From contig JAFSFY010000039.1 in NCBI GenBank assembly GCA_017434985.1, positions 36,849-100,848 on the forward strand: a stretch of 64,000 nt of DNA, given 5' to 3'. A model generated the notes under the pieces. That model ran no database searches, was not told where the DNA came from, and saw nothing but the letters and a program-made list of their open reading frames with translations. Below are positions 1-7,891 of the stretch, one piece after another (the stretch's first letter is position 1; every line of letters begins with the position of its first letter). Made by a program: the position numbers and the translations under genes. Source of the DNA: Clostridia bacterium. GTDB lineage: Bacteria > Bacillota > Clostridia > Oscillospirales > Acutalibacteraceae.

Positions 1-379
1 TTGTGTGAACACCATTTCCTAATGAAATACAGGTTAGTTTTTCGCAAAGTGCAAAAGCGTCGTCACCAATACTTATCACACTATCAGGAATGTTTATTCT
101 CTCAATAGAACTGCAAGCCATAAAAGCCGAGGAACCGATGTTGTTAAGCCCGTCGGCAAAACAAACCTCTTTCAAACTTCCGCAATCTAAGAAAGCGTTT
201 TTTTCAATAGTCCTTATTCCTTGTGGCAAAACTACTCTCTCAATGCTCTTGTTGTGTGCAAAAACAGCTTCTCCAATGATCGAAACACCATCGGGGATAA
301 TAACAACTTTTTCTTTTTTACCATAGTATCTTACAAGCTTCCCGCTCTCATCGATTTCGAAGAAAGTTTTTTGTTTCAT
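1..379 (-). CDS. Leucine-rich-repeat (BspA-like) protein, N-terminal part; the gene continues beyond the window start
   Basis: Minus-strand ORF, ATG at 377-379, preceded by RBS AAAGGAGAA. Translation MKQKTFFEIDESGKLVRYYGKKEKVVIIPDGVSIIGEAVFAHNKSIERVVLPQGIRTIEKNAF... shows repeating IxxIxxxAFxxCxxL units typical of BspA-type LRRs. The region is AT-rich (~38% GC) against a ~58% GC genome. Confidence 0.45.
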   Translation of the reverse strand, partial: MKQKTFFEIDESGKLVRYYGKKEKVVIIPDGVSIIGEAVFAHNKSIERVVLPQGIRTIEKNAFLDCGSLKEVCFADGLNNIGSSAFMACSSIERINIPDSVISIGDDAFALCEKLTCISLGNGVHT

Positions 380-710
380 CGACAGTTCTCCTTTTTTGCA
401 CTCCATTAATGAATTTTGTCGTCAATTTTGTGATACAAGGGTATTCTACACACCACCTTGCACCAAATTTGGTGCAAGGTGAGGGCTTATTCAATTATAA
501 TCGATTTTTTATAAAAAAACAACTAATTTTGCCTAAATTTTCAAGCGAGAAAAATTGTCTTAGGACCTTATGTATCAAGGGCTTGTGGGCATCTTTTTGA
601 TTTGGTAAGATTGGTGAAGGCCTCCGCCTCGCCACCGAGCGCCTCAACAGCAAAAACTTCTACGCCTGCAATCCGTCGTTCGATAAAAACTGCGGGAAAT
701 AAGAAAAATC

Positions 711-749
711 AAAAAGCAGATGAGTTCGAAAGAACTCATCTGCTTTTTT
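711..749. terminator. Bidirectional intrinsic terminator (hairpin gcagatgagttc-gaaa-gaactcatctgc flanked by A-run and T-run)
   Basis: Perfect 12-bp stem at 715-743 with a T-run on the plus strand and an A-run upstream. It overlaps the araC-like stop. Confidence 0.5.
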
Positions 750-1692
750 ATGTATCAATCAGATGATAGGAAGTGCGATAGCGCCCGGGGGGCATTCCCT
801 CAAATTGCTTAAACGCCTTGCTCATCGTAAACTCGTCGCTGTATCCGACCGAAAGGGCGATCTCTTTTAAAGAAAGGTTGGTTTTTGTCAGCATATTTCT
901 GACTTGGCGGATGCGCTCTTTTCGTAAAAAGGCAAAGACACTCATATCGTAATATTTTACCATAATACGGTTGAGTTGCTTGATACTCATACCAAACTTT
1001 GTCTCAAAATCCACCTGTGTTAAGTGGGCGGAGAGGTTGGAACAAATAAACGAGGCAAGTTCCTCCGCGCGGGGATCTTTAAGAGTGACAACCGATTTCG
1101 TGTATTCAAAATGGGGATTGATGCTGCGCGAAACCTCTACGATCAGCAAAGACAGCAAATTGTTGATCACCACATCAACGCAGGGACGTTGGTCGACGAT
1201 CTCGCAGGATAGCCGATGAATGGTGGATAGCAACTGTTCGCTCATCGGCAGCGATGAAAACGGCGCGCTTTGAAAGCAACGGGACAAATACGCACCTTCC
1301 GGTGTGTCGTGGAACTGAATGTCCAACGCGATTCCCAAATGGACAGATTGTCGGTAATGGAATTGACGATGCAAAAATCCGGCGGGAAACAGGCAAAAAG
1401 AGCCTTGCGGAACGTAGAGTTCCGTTCCGTTTTCGTCGGTGTATCCCAATTCGCCGCACAAAGAAAAGAAGATCTCGTGCGAAGAATGTTTGTGACAATC
1501 TACGAGATAGTGTCCGTTTCGAACATAGTGACCGTCCTTTGATTGGCAAAACCGTAACCAAATGGTTTGTGCATCAAACTCGGGGCGGGAAAGGGTACGA
1601 TTTTTGCTGTTAAACTGCTTAAATGCTGCAGAGTTTTCGCTAAAAAGGGTTGAAATCTCGGCTAAACACTGCCTTTTATCCACGTTGTTCAC
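748..1692 (-). CDS. AraC-family transcriptional regulator (N-terminal cupin-like sensor, C-terminal double HTH)
   Basis: The C-terminus ...KSVVTLKDPRAEELASFICSNLSAHLTQVDFETKFGMSIKQLNRIMVKYYDMSVFAFLRKERIRQVRNMLTKTNLSLKEIALSVGYSDEFTMSKAFKQFEGMPPGRY is a classic AraC HTH pair. Confidence 0.85.
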   Translation of the reverse strand: MNNVDKRQCLAEISTLFSENSAAFKQFNSKNRTLSRPEFDAQTIWLRFCQSKDGHYVRNGHYLVDCHKHSSHEIFFSLCGELGYTDENGTELYVPQGSFCLFPAGFLHRQFHYRQSVHLGIALDIQFHDTPEGAYLSRCFQSAPFSSLPMSEQLLSTIHRLSCEIVDQRPCVDVVINNLLSLLIVEVSRSINPHFEYTKSVVTLKDPRAEELASFICSNLSAHLTQVDFETKFGMSIKQLNRIMVKYYDMSVFAFLRKERIRQVRNMLTKTNLSLKEIALSVGYSDEFTMSKAFKQFEGMPPGRYRTSYHLIDT

Positions 1693-1909
1693 CGCCTATC
1701 ATCCATATGAAAAACCGAATTTCTTGTAAAAAAGTATAGCAATCCGGTCGAAAAATGTCAATATCGGCCGGTGGAAATGTCTGTTTTTGACATAAAACGG
1801 GGATAGCCCACTATGGTGGAAGACGGGAGAAGATGCTACAATGAACATACGTTATGGGTAAGGTTCCCATGCATTTGTTGACAAACTCAATAAAAGGGAG
1901 GTTATAAGG

Positions 1910-3448
1910 ATGAAACGGATGGGAAAACGACTCGTCTTGCTGCTTTGTTCGATCGCGCTTTTTTGTTCGGGCTGTGCCGGTGGGGATGGTTCTGCTGCCA
2001 CCACGACACAAGCCGAGGCGACGACTACCACGGTGGAAACGGGCACGACCGATTCGACGCAAGAAATGCTCACGTCGACCCAAACGACGACAAGCACGAC
2101 TGTCAAAGCGACGACGGAGACGACAAAGAAAACAACGACGACGCGAATCACCATTAAATTGACCAAAACGACCGATACCGAAAAAACAACGATTGCAACA
2201 GAACTTGATAATACTACAGAGGTGATGACAACGATGAACGAAAACACTACTGTTTCTACAACCTCGTCAAGGAGAACCGTTTCGCGGAAAACGACCACCA
2301 CGACGAAATCAAACTTCGCTCAGGTTACTTTCCCCGTAGCACCGAAATACGCTACCCCCGCGCTTTCGGCGCTGGCGGTCAACAACCGTATCAACGGTGC
2401 GAAGACCAAAATTAAGTCGGAACGTTCGTTGGTGGCGGAATACGATCCCGAATGGGCTTTTGCACACCAAAACGGCATCACTTACTTCAAGGGCAAATAT
2501 TACGTTGGTTGGTCGTCCGGTGTGCGCCATGAAGACGCAGCGGGCCAACGCATCTTGGTGGCATCTTCCTCGGATAATTGCCAAACGTGGAGTGAACCGA
2601 CGGTCGTAGCGGTACCGGAAATGGGCACTCACGGGCAAAAGACGTTGCTGTTTGCACAGTTTGTGGCCACGGACGATATGTTGTACGTGTATTTTATCGA
2701 GCACGAATACGGTGCATCGCATTTCGACAGCAACGGCAATTTCATTGCCAAAGACGATCTGGAAGTTATCGCTTCCCGCAGTGTGGCCGTTTTTACAAGC
2801 GACGGTGTCAACTGGACCGAGCAAATAGAACTCGGCGGCAATTCCAACGAATCGCCGCGCCAATCGCTGACGGGAAAATGGTTCTCCGGTGCCGGAGACG
2901 GTTTGAACATCTGGGATGACAAAGGCGAATATCGAGTCAAATGGTCGAATTTGTCCACCCAGCAAGTTGCCGATGCCCGTTCGCGCGGTGCAGAACTGTT
3001 GACCGAAGCTTCGTGGTATCAAACCGACGATTATGTCATGCATATGATGTTGCGCAGCAACGCGGGATACGTGTGGATGAGCGAGAGTTACGATAACGGT
3101 GAAACCTGGACCGATGCCTATCCCACGAAATTTACCACCGACCACGCGATGTTTAATTTCGGTCGTTTGCCCGACGGGCGGTATTATTTTGTCGGCAGCT
3201 CCACGATGCAAGAAGGGGAATGGCGGCGCTATCCGTTGGAACTGTTTGTTTCGGAGGATGGGTACAATTTTAACAAAGCGTATATCCTGCGTGACGAGAA
3301 GTATCAGATGCAACAACAAGGATGGTCCAAAGGCGGCTATTTCGGCTATCCCGAGGTGTTTATCCACGACGGGTATATGCACATCTCGTATTCCAAAGAA
3401 AAGGAAGTTATTGAAGTCACGCGTGTGAAACTGTCGGATATCCTGTAA
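1910..3448 (+). CDS. Secreted lipoprotein with a Thr-rich linker and a BNR/Asp-box repeat (sialidase-like beta-propeller) domain
   Basis: RBS AAAGGGAGG. Lipoprotein signal MKRMGKRLVLLLCSIALFCSGC. About 120 aa of T/S-rich low complexity. Asp-box motifs SSDNCQTW, SYDNGETW and TSDGVNW. Confidence 0.7.
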   Translation: MKRMGKRLVLLLCSIALFCSGCAGGDGSAATTTQAEATTTTVETGTTDSTQEMLTSTQTTTSTTVKATTETTKKTTTTRITIKLTKTTDTEKTTIATELDNTTEVMTTMNENTTVSTTSSRRTVSRKTTTTTKSNFAQVTFPVAPKYATPALSALAVNNRINGAKTKIKSERSLVAEYDPEWAFAHQNGITYFKGKYYVGWSSGVRHEDAAGQRILVASSSDNCQTWSEPTVVAVPEMGTHGQKTLLFAQFVATDDMLYVYFIEHEYGASHFDSNGNFIAKDDLEVIASRSVAVFTSDGVNWTEQIELGGNSNESPRQSLTGKWFSGAGDGLNIWDDKGEYRVKWSNLSTQQVADARSRGAELLTEASWYQTDDYVMHMMLRSNAGYVWMSESYDNGETWTDAYPTKFTTDHAMFNFGRLPDGRYYFVGSSTMQEGEWRRYPLELFVSEDGYNFNKAYILRDEKYQMQQQGWSKGGYFGYPEVFIHDGYMHISYSKEKEVIEVTRVKLSDIL

Positions 3449-3454
3449 TCGAAA

Positions 3455-3491
3455 AAACGGTCGACGAATGTGTAAACGTCGACCGTTTTTC
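3455..3491 (+). terminator. Intrinsic terminator
   Basis: Hairpin aacggtcgacg-aatgtgtaa-cgtcgaccgtt followed by TTTTT. Confidence 0.6.
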
Positions 3492-3569
3492 TCATTCATA
3501 AAAAGAGGTTGAATTTACCGCCCTCTCGTGGTAAAATACTAACAGTATGCGTGGGAAGGAGCGGTTGCC

Positions 3570-4175
3570 GTGATCGTGCTGTATATCATCGGGGCGATAC
3601 TCGCGCTTGCCGCGTTATTGCTTCTCATTCTGCTCCTTTTGCCGCTCGACGTGGCGCTTGCCGTCGGCAACGACCGCAAACTCGCGGTCAGCGTGCGGGT
3701 TTTGGGGATGTCGTTCGGCGGGGAAGAGGAAAGCTGCAACCCGTTGGTGCGCTTTTTCCAAAAACACCTGAAAAGTTCTTCCGAACCGACACCCAAACCC
3801 ACGAAAGATAAACAAGAATCCGCCGCAATTGCCAAAGAAAACATCGACCTGTTGATACCGTTGATCCAACGCTTGTGCTACGTGTTGCGGCACTGCCGTG
3901 TATCGCAGTGCGCGGCACGGTGTGTCAGCGGCGGTGACGATGCGGCGATGCAGTATGGGGAACTTTGTGCGACGGTGTATCCCTTTGTCGGATACCTGCA
4001 AAACTGCCACCGCTTGCGTAAGCGGAATACGCACATGGACATCGGGTGGGATTATGACGCTCCCGACAGTACCGTTGATCTTACGGTGGCGGTGCGCGTG
4101 CGCGTGTTCTTTTTGGCGGCGGCCGCCTTGCCGCTTGCGTTCCAATACTTCAAACGAAAAGGGGAATCGGTATGA
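3570..4175 (+). CDS. ytfI: YtfI-like sporulation membrane protein (DUF2953)
   Basis: GTG start with RBS GGAAGGAG. N-terminal TM MIVLYIIGAILALAALLLLILLLL. It sits immediately upstream of ytfJ/gerW with a 4-nt overlap, as in the Bacillus ytfI-ytfJ pair. Confidence 0.55.
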   Translation: MIVLYIIGAILALAALLLLILLLLPLDVALAVGNDRKLAVSVRVLGMSFGGEEESCNPLVRFFQKHLKSSSEPTPKPTKDKQESAAIAKENIDLLIPLIQRLCYVLRHCRVSQCAARCVSGGDDAAMQYGELCATVYPFVGYLQNCHRLRKRNTHMDIGWDYDAPDSTVDLTVAVRVRVFFLAAAALPLAFQYFKRKGESV

Positions 4176-4528
4176 AACCCAAAAAAGAAAACAACGGTGT
4201 TGCGGAGCTACTCTCCTTTGTGACCGATAAAGCGATGCAACTCGCCAAAGAAAACGCGATGCTGGGCGAACCGATTGAGAAAAACGGGCTGACCATCATT
4301 CCCGTGTCGCAGTTTTCTGCATCTTTTGCGGGTGGCGGTGTGGACAGTGCGTCCAACACCAAACAAACCCCTGCGGGTGGCGGTGCCAAAGTGTCGCTCA
4401 TACCGATGAGTTTTTTGGTGATTGACGGCAGCGACGTGCGTACCGTCAACATCCAAACACCCTTGCAAGCCAAAGTCACCGAAGTGATCGATAAAGTGAT
4501 CGATACGGTGAAAAACAACACAAACTAA
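4172..4528 (+). CDS. ytfJ: Sporulation protein YtfJ (GerW family)
   Basis: MKPKKENNGVAELLSFVTDKAMQLAKENAMLGEPIEKNGLTIIPVSQFSASFAGGGVD... matches the GerW/YtfJ family signature (glycine-rich SFGFGGGG-like loop). Confidence 0.8.
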   Translation: MKPKKENNGVAELLSFVTDKAMQLAKENAMLGEPIEKNGLTIIPVSQFSASFAGGGVDSASNTKQTPAGGGAKVSLIPMSFLVIDGSDVRTVNIQTPLQAKVTEVIDKVIDTVKNNTN

Positions 4529-4567
4529 AAAATCCCGTCAGTTCCGTAGAACTGACGGGATTTTCTG
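4526..4567. terminator. Bidirectional terminator between ytfJ and gdhA
   Basis: Hairpin aatcccgtcagttc-cgta-gaactgacgggatt with an A-run upstream and a T-run downstream. Confidence 0.6.
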
Positions 4568-4574
4568 TTGGTTA

Positions 4575-5915
4575 TCAGACGATACCTTGTGCGAGCATCG
4601 CATCGGCAACCTTGACAAAACCGGCAATGTTGGCACCGGCGACGAGGTCGCCTTCCATACCGTATTTCTTCGCGGCCTCAAAGGAGGTTTTGTAGATATC
4701 GGTCATGATCTGTTTGAGTTTCGCATCCACTTCTTCAGCGGTCCAGTTGTAACGCATAGAGTTTTGGCTCATTTCCAAACCGGAAACCGACACGCCGCCG
4801 GCGTTAACCGCTTTGGAGGGAGCGATGATGACGCCGTTTTGTTTCAAATACGCCATCGCTTCGTTGGTGGTGGGCATATTGGAAACTTCCACGTAATATT
4901 TTACATTGTTGGCGACGATCTGTTTTGCTTCGTCCATCTTGACTTCGTTTTGGGTGGCGCAGGGCATCAAGATGTCGGCTTTCACGCCCCAAGGTTTTTG
5001 ACCCTCGAAGTAGGGAACACCAAACTTGTCGGCATAATCCTTGACCTTGTCACGGCCGGATGCACGCATCTCGAGCATAAAGTTGATCTTCTCGTCGGTG
5101 CTGATGCCGTTTTCGTCGTAGATGTAACCGTCGGGACCGGAGATGGCCACCACTTTGGCACCGAGTTCGGTCGCCTTTTTCACGGTACCCCATGCCACGT
5201 TGCCGAAGCCGGACACAACCACGGTTTTACCTTTGAGGGTGTCGCCGAAGGATTTGAGCATTTCGTCCGCATAATACACGGCACCGAAACCGGTCGCTTC
5301 GGGACGGATGAGCGAACCGCCGTAGGACATTCCTTTGCCGGTGAGCACGCCTTCGTAACGGTTGACCAACCGTTTGTATTGACCGAACAGGTAACCGATC
5401 TCACGAGCGCCAACGCCGAGGTCGCCGGCGGGAACGTCGGTATCGGCACCGATGTGACGGTACAACTCGGTCATAAAGCTTTGGCAGAACGCCATAATTT
5501 CGTTATCGGACTTGCCGCGGGGGTCAAAGTCGGAACCGCCCTTGCCTCCGCCCATCGGCAAACCGGTGAGGGAGTTTTTGAAGGTTTGTTCAAAACCGAG
5601 GAATTTGACGATGCTGAGGTTGACCGAGGGATGGAAGCGCAGGCCGCCTTTGTACGGGCCGATCGCACTGTTGAATTGCACGCGGAAACCGCGGTTGACC
5701 CGCACGTTGCCGTTGTCGTCCACCCACGGGACACGGAACATAACGACGCGTTCGGGCTCGACCAAACGCTCGAGCAACGCGGCTTTTTCGTATTGGGGGT
5801 TGGCTTCGATAACGGGGCGAAGGGATTCCAGCACTTCCGTTACGGCTTGCATAAATTCGGGTTCGTTGGCACTTTTTTGTGCCAAGTTTTCCAGCACTCT
5901 GTCGACATAAGACAT
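4575..5915 (-). CDS. gdhA: NADP-specific glutamate dehydrogenase
   Basis: 446 aa. Contains GGGKGGSDFDPRGKSD and the Glu/Leu/Phe/Val dehydrogenase Rossmann GFGNVAWG. RBS AAGGAGTGA. Confidence 0.95.
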   Translation of the reverse strand: MSYVDRVLENLAQKSANEPEFMQAVTEVLESLRPVIEANPQYEKAALLERLVEPERVVMFRVPWVDDNGNVRVNRGFRVQFNSAIGPYKGGLRFHPSVNLSIVKFLGFEQTFKNSLTGLPMGGGKGGSDFDPRGKSDNEIMAFCQSFMTELYRHIGADTDVPAGDLGVGAREIGYLFGQYKRLVNRYEGVLTGKGMSYGGSLIRPEATGFGAVYYADEMLKSFGDTLKGKTVVVSGFGNVAWGTVKKATELGAKVVAISGPDGYIYDENGISTDEKINFMLEMRASGRDKVKDYADKFGVPYFEGQKPWGVKADILMPCATQNEVKMDEAKQIVANNVKYYVEVSNMPTTNEAMAYLKQNGVIIAPSKAVNAGGVSVSGLEMSQNSMRYNWTAEEVDAKLKQIMTDIYKTSFEAAKKYGMEGDLVAGANIAGFVKVADAMLAQGIV

Positions 5916-6162
5916 GGGTGATCACTCCTTACAACTTTGTATATGCGATATTATAGCAAAGTCGTTTTTTATATGCAAGAGATTTGCGCAAAAATTTCAA
6001 AAAAATTGTAATTTTATGAAAAAATAGCAAAAAAATGATATTTTTGACGAAACCGAAGTCAAAAATTGCGTTTTCGCCCCTTTGATAAAATAAAGTTTGT
6101 GCTTTGTCGAAAAGTGTGATATACTAATACAGATTGAGCGAAATTTCCAAAGGAGTAGGCGT

Positions 6163-6576
6163 ATGAAGATTATGGCGGTTGACCTCGGTCGGGTGCGTAC
6201 CGGCCTGGCCATTTCCGATCAAACTGAATTTTTGGCTACCCCCATCGGCACGGTGACCGAGCGTGACCGTGACCGTTTACTTCAACACGTGGTAGATACC
6301 GCGCGTGAGCACGGTGCCGAAAAAATCGTGGTGGGATTGCCGAAGAATATGGACGGCAGTCAAGGAGAAAGCGCTCAAAACGCCACCGCGTTTGCCGAGC
6401 GGTTGAGAGAAGAGCTCGGTTTGCCCGTTGTTTTGTGGGATGAGCGGTTGACCACCGCTTCCGCCATCGGTTTCCTCAACGAAACCAACGTGCGCGGCAA
6501 AAAGCGCAAAGCGGTGGTGGATACCGTGTCGGCGGTCATCATCCTGCAAGGATACTTGGACAGCCACCGCCGCTGA
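6163..6576 (+). CDS. ruvX: Holliday-junction resolvase-like putative pre-16S rRNA nuclease RuvX/YqgF
   Basis: MKIMAVDLGRVRTGLAISD...GLPKNMDGSQGE...VLWDERLTTASA. RBS AAAGGAGTAGG. The ORF track begins upstream at 6097, but the RBS favours ATG 6163. Confidence 0.9.
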   Translation: MKIMAVDLGRVRTGLAISDQTEFLATPIGTVTERDRDRLLQHVVDTAREHGAEKIVVGLPKNMDGSQGESAQNATAFAERLREELGLPVVLWDERLTTASAIGFLNETNVRGKKRKAVVDTVSAVIILQGYLDSHRR

Positions 6577-6619
6577 CAATCTTTTCCGCTTGAATGCTAC
6601 GAAGAAATTTGGTATATAT

Positions 6620-7861
6620 ATGATGAAACAATTAGGCATAACAGCACTTCTTGCCACGCTGTGCTTGTTGTTCGGCGCTTGCGCTCCCGCTGCGGAACCG
6701 ACCGTTATGACAACCACGACGATGACGACAACAACGACCACCACCGCACCCCCGATCGTCAAGGTCGAGAGGCGAGCGGTGTGGGTGTCTTTATATGATC
6801 TGGCAGATATATTTGCCCCTTGCAAAACGCTGCAACAGGCGCAAGAGGCTGTCGACACGATGATGGATACCGTCGTTGAGCACAAGATGAACACGGTGTT
6901 CTTTCACGTGCGTGCCGGCAGCGACGCGTATTACTCCTCGGCGCTGTTTAGCCCTGCTTCGGCGGTGAAAGAACTGCTTATGCAAGGGTTCGATCCGTTG
7001 CATTATGCCGTCGAGGCGGCGCACAAGCGCGGGATTGAACTGCACGCGTGGATCAACCCGTATCGCATCGGCAAAAATAAAGACCGCATCGTGGGCGATG
7101 CCGCCACGATGAAGGACGAGACGGGGCGGTATTACTACGTGCCCACCGCCGCGTCGGCGCAACGCCTTATTTTGGATGGCGTGCGCGAAGTGCTTGATAA
7201 CTACGACGTAGACGGCATCCAATACGACGATTATTTTTATCCCGAAAACTTCTTGAAAGCAGACACCGTCTACGATTTTGAAAAGACGGATTATGCGGCC
7301 TATCAGCAGGCGGGCGGCACCCTGTCGGTAGGGGATTGGCGCCGCGCGGCTGTCGATGCGCTTGTGGCCGCTACCCACACTTTGACCAAAGCCGCCGATG
7401 TGACGTTCGGCATCTCGCCGTCACACAACGTCGACAAAACCTACAACGGTATGTATGCCGACAGTAAAAAATGGCTTGCTCAAAGCGGGTACGTGGATTA
7501 TGTGTGCCCACAAATCTACGTTGGTTTTGAGAACGAGACCGCCGCATTTGCCGAAACGGCTGACACGTGGGCAAACTACCCGCGCGACCCCTCGGTCGAT
7601 TTGTACGTCGGATTGGCGCTTTACAAAATCGGACTGAAAGACGACACGTGGGCGGGCGACGTCGGGCGCACCGAGTGGCAGTCTCGCACCGACGTGATGA
7701 TGCGTTCGGTGACATATGCCCGCGAAAAAGGGTACGACGGACTGTGTTTTTACAGTTTTTCGTTCCTCACACCGGATACGTGTAACATAGCGGAATTTCC
7801 CACGAAAAATGACAAGACCGTTGCCAAACAAGAAATGGAACATTTGTTGGCGGTCTTATAA
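6620..7861 (+). CDS. Lipoprotein of the glycoside-hydrolase-like GHL10 (YngK/DUF187) family with a poly-Thr linker
   Basis: Signal MMKQLGITALLATLCLLFGAC. TTTMTTTTTTT linker. RAVWVSLYD...MNTVFFHVRAGSDAYYSS...HKRGIELHAWINPYRIG matches GHL10. The start is ambiguous (TTG 6590 or ATG 6620). Confidence 0.7.
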   Translation: MMKQLGITALLATLCLLFGACAPAAEPTVMTTTTMTTTTTTTAPPIVKVERRAVWVSLYDLADIFAPCKTLQQAQEAVDTMMDTVVEHKMNTVFFHVRAGSDAYYSSALFSPASAVKELLMQGFDPLHYAVEAAHKRGIELHAWINPYRIGKNKDRIVGDAATMKDETGRYYYVPTAASAQRLILDGVREVLDNYDVDGIQYDDYFYPENFLKADTVYDFEKTDYAAYQQAGGTLSVGDWRRAAVDALVAATHTLTKAADVTFGISPSHNVDKTYNGMYADSKKWLAQSGYVDYVCPQIYVGFENETAAFAETADTWANYPRDPSVDLYVGLALYKIGLKDDTWAGDVGRTEWQSRTDVMMRSVTYAREKGYDGLCFYSFSFLTPDTCNIAEFPTKNDKTVAKQEMEHLLAVL

Positions 7862-7891
7862 ACGAGAGAAGTGTAAAAGGTGGTGTTCAAA

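Noticed and set aside
1852-2301. 149-aa Val-rich ORF on the minus strand
   Set aside because: It is the exact antisense of the Thr-codon-rich linker of the lipoprotein gene (ACN read backwards gives GTN = Val). It has no RBS and is a compositional artefact.
4587-5921. 444-aa plus-strand ORF
   Set aside because: It is fully antisense to the unambiguous gdhA gene. Long antisense ORFs are expected at ~60% GC, and it has no start context.
6097-6162. N-terminal extension of ruvX from the track (start at 6097)
   Set aside because: The extension overlaps the promoter -10 region and lacks an RBS. ATG 6163, with AAAGGAGTAGG upstream and the conserved MKIMAVDLG N-terminus, is the real start.
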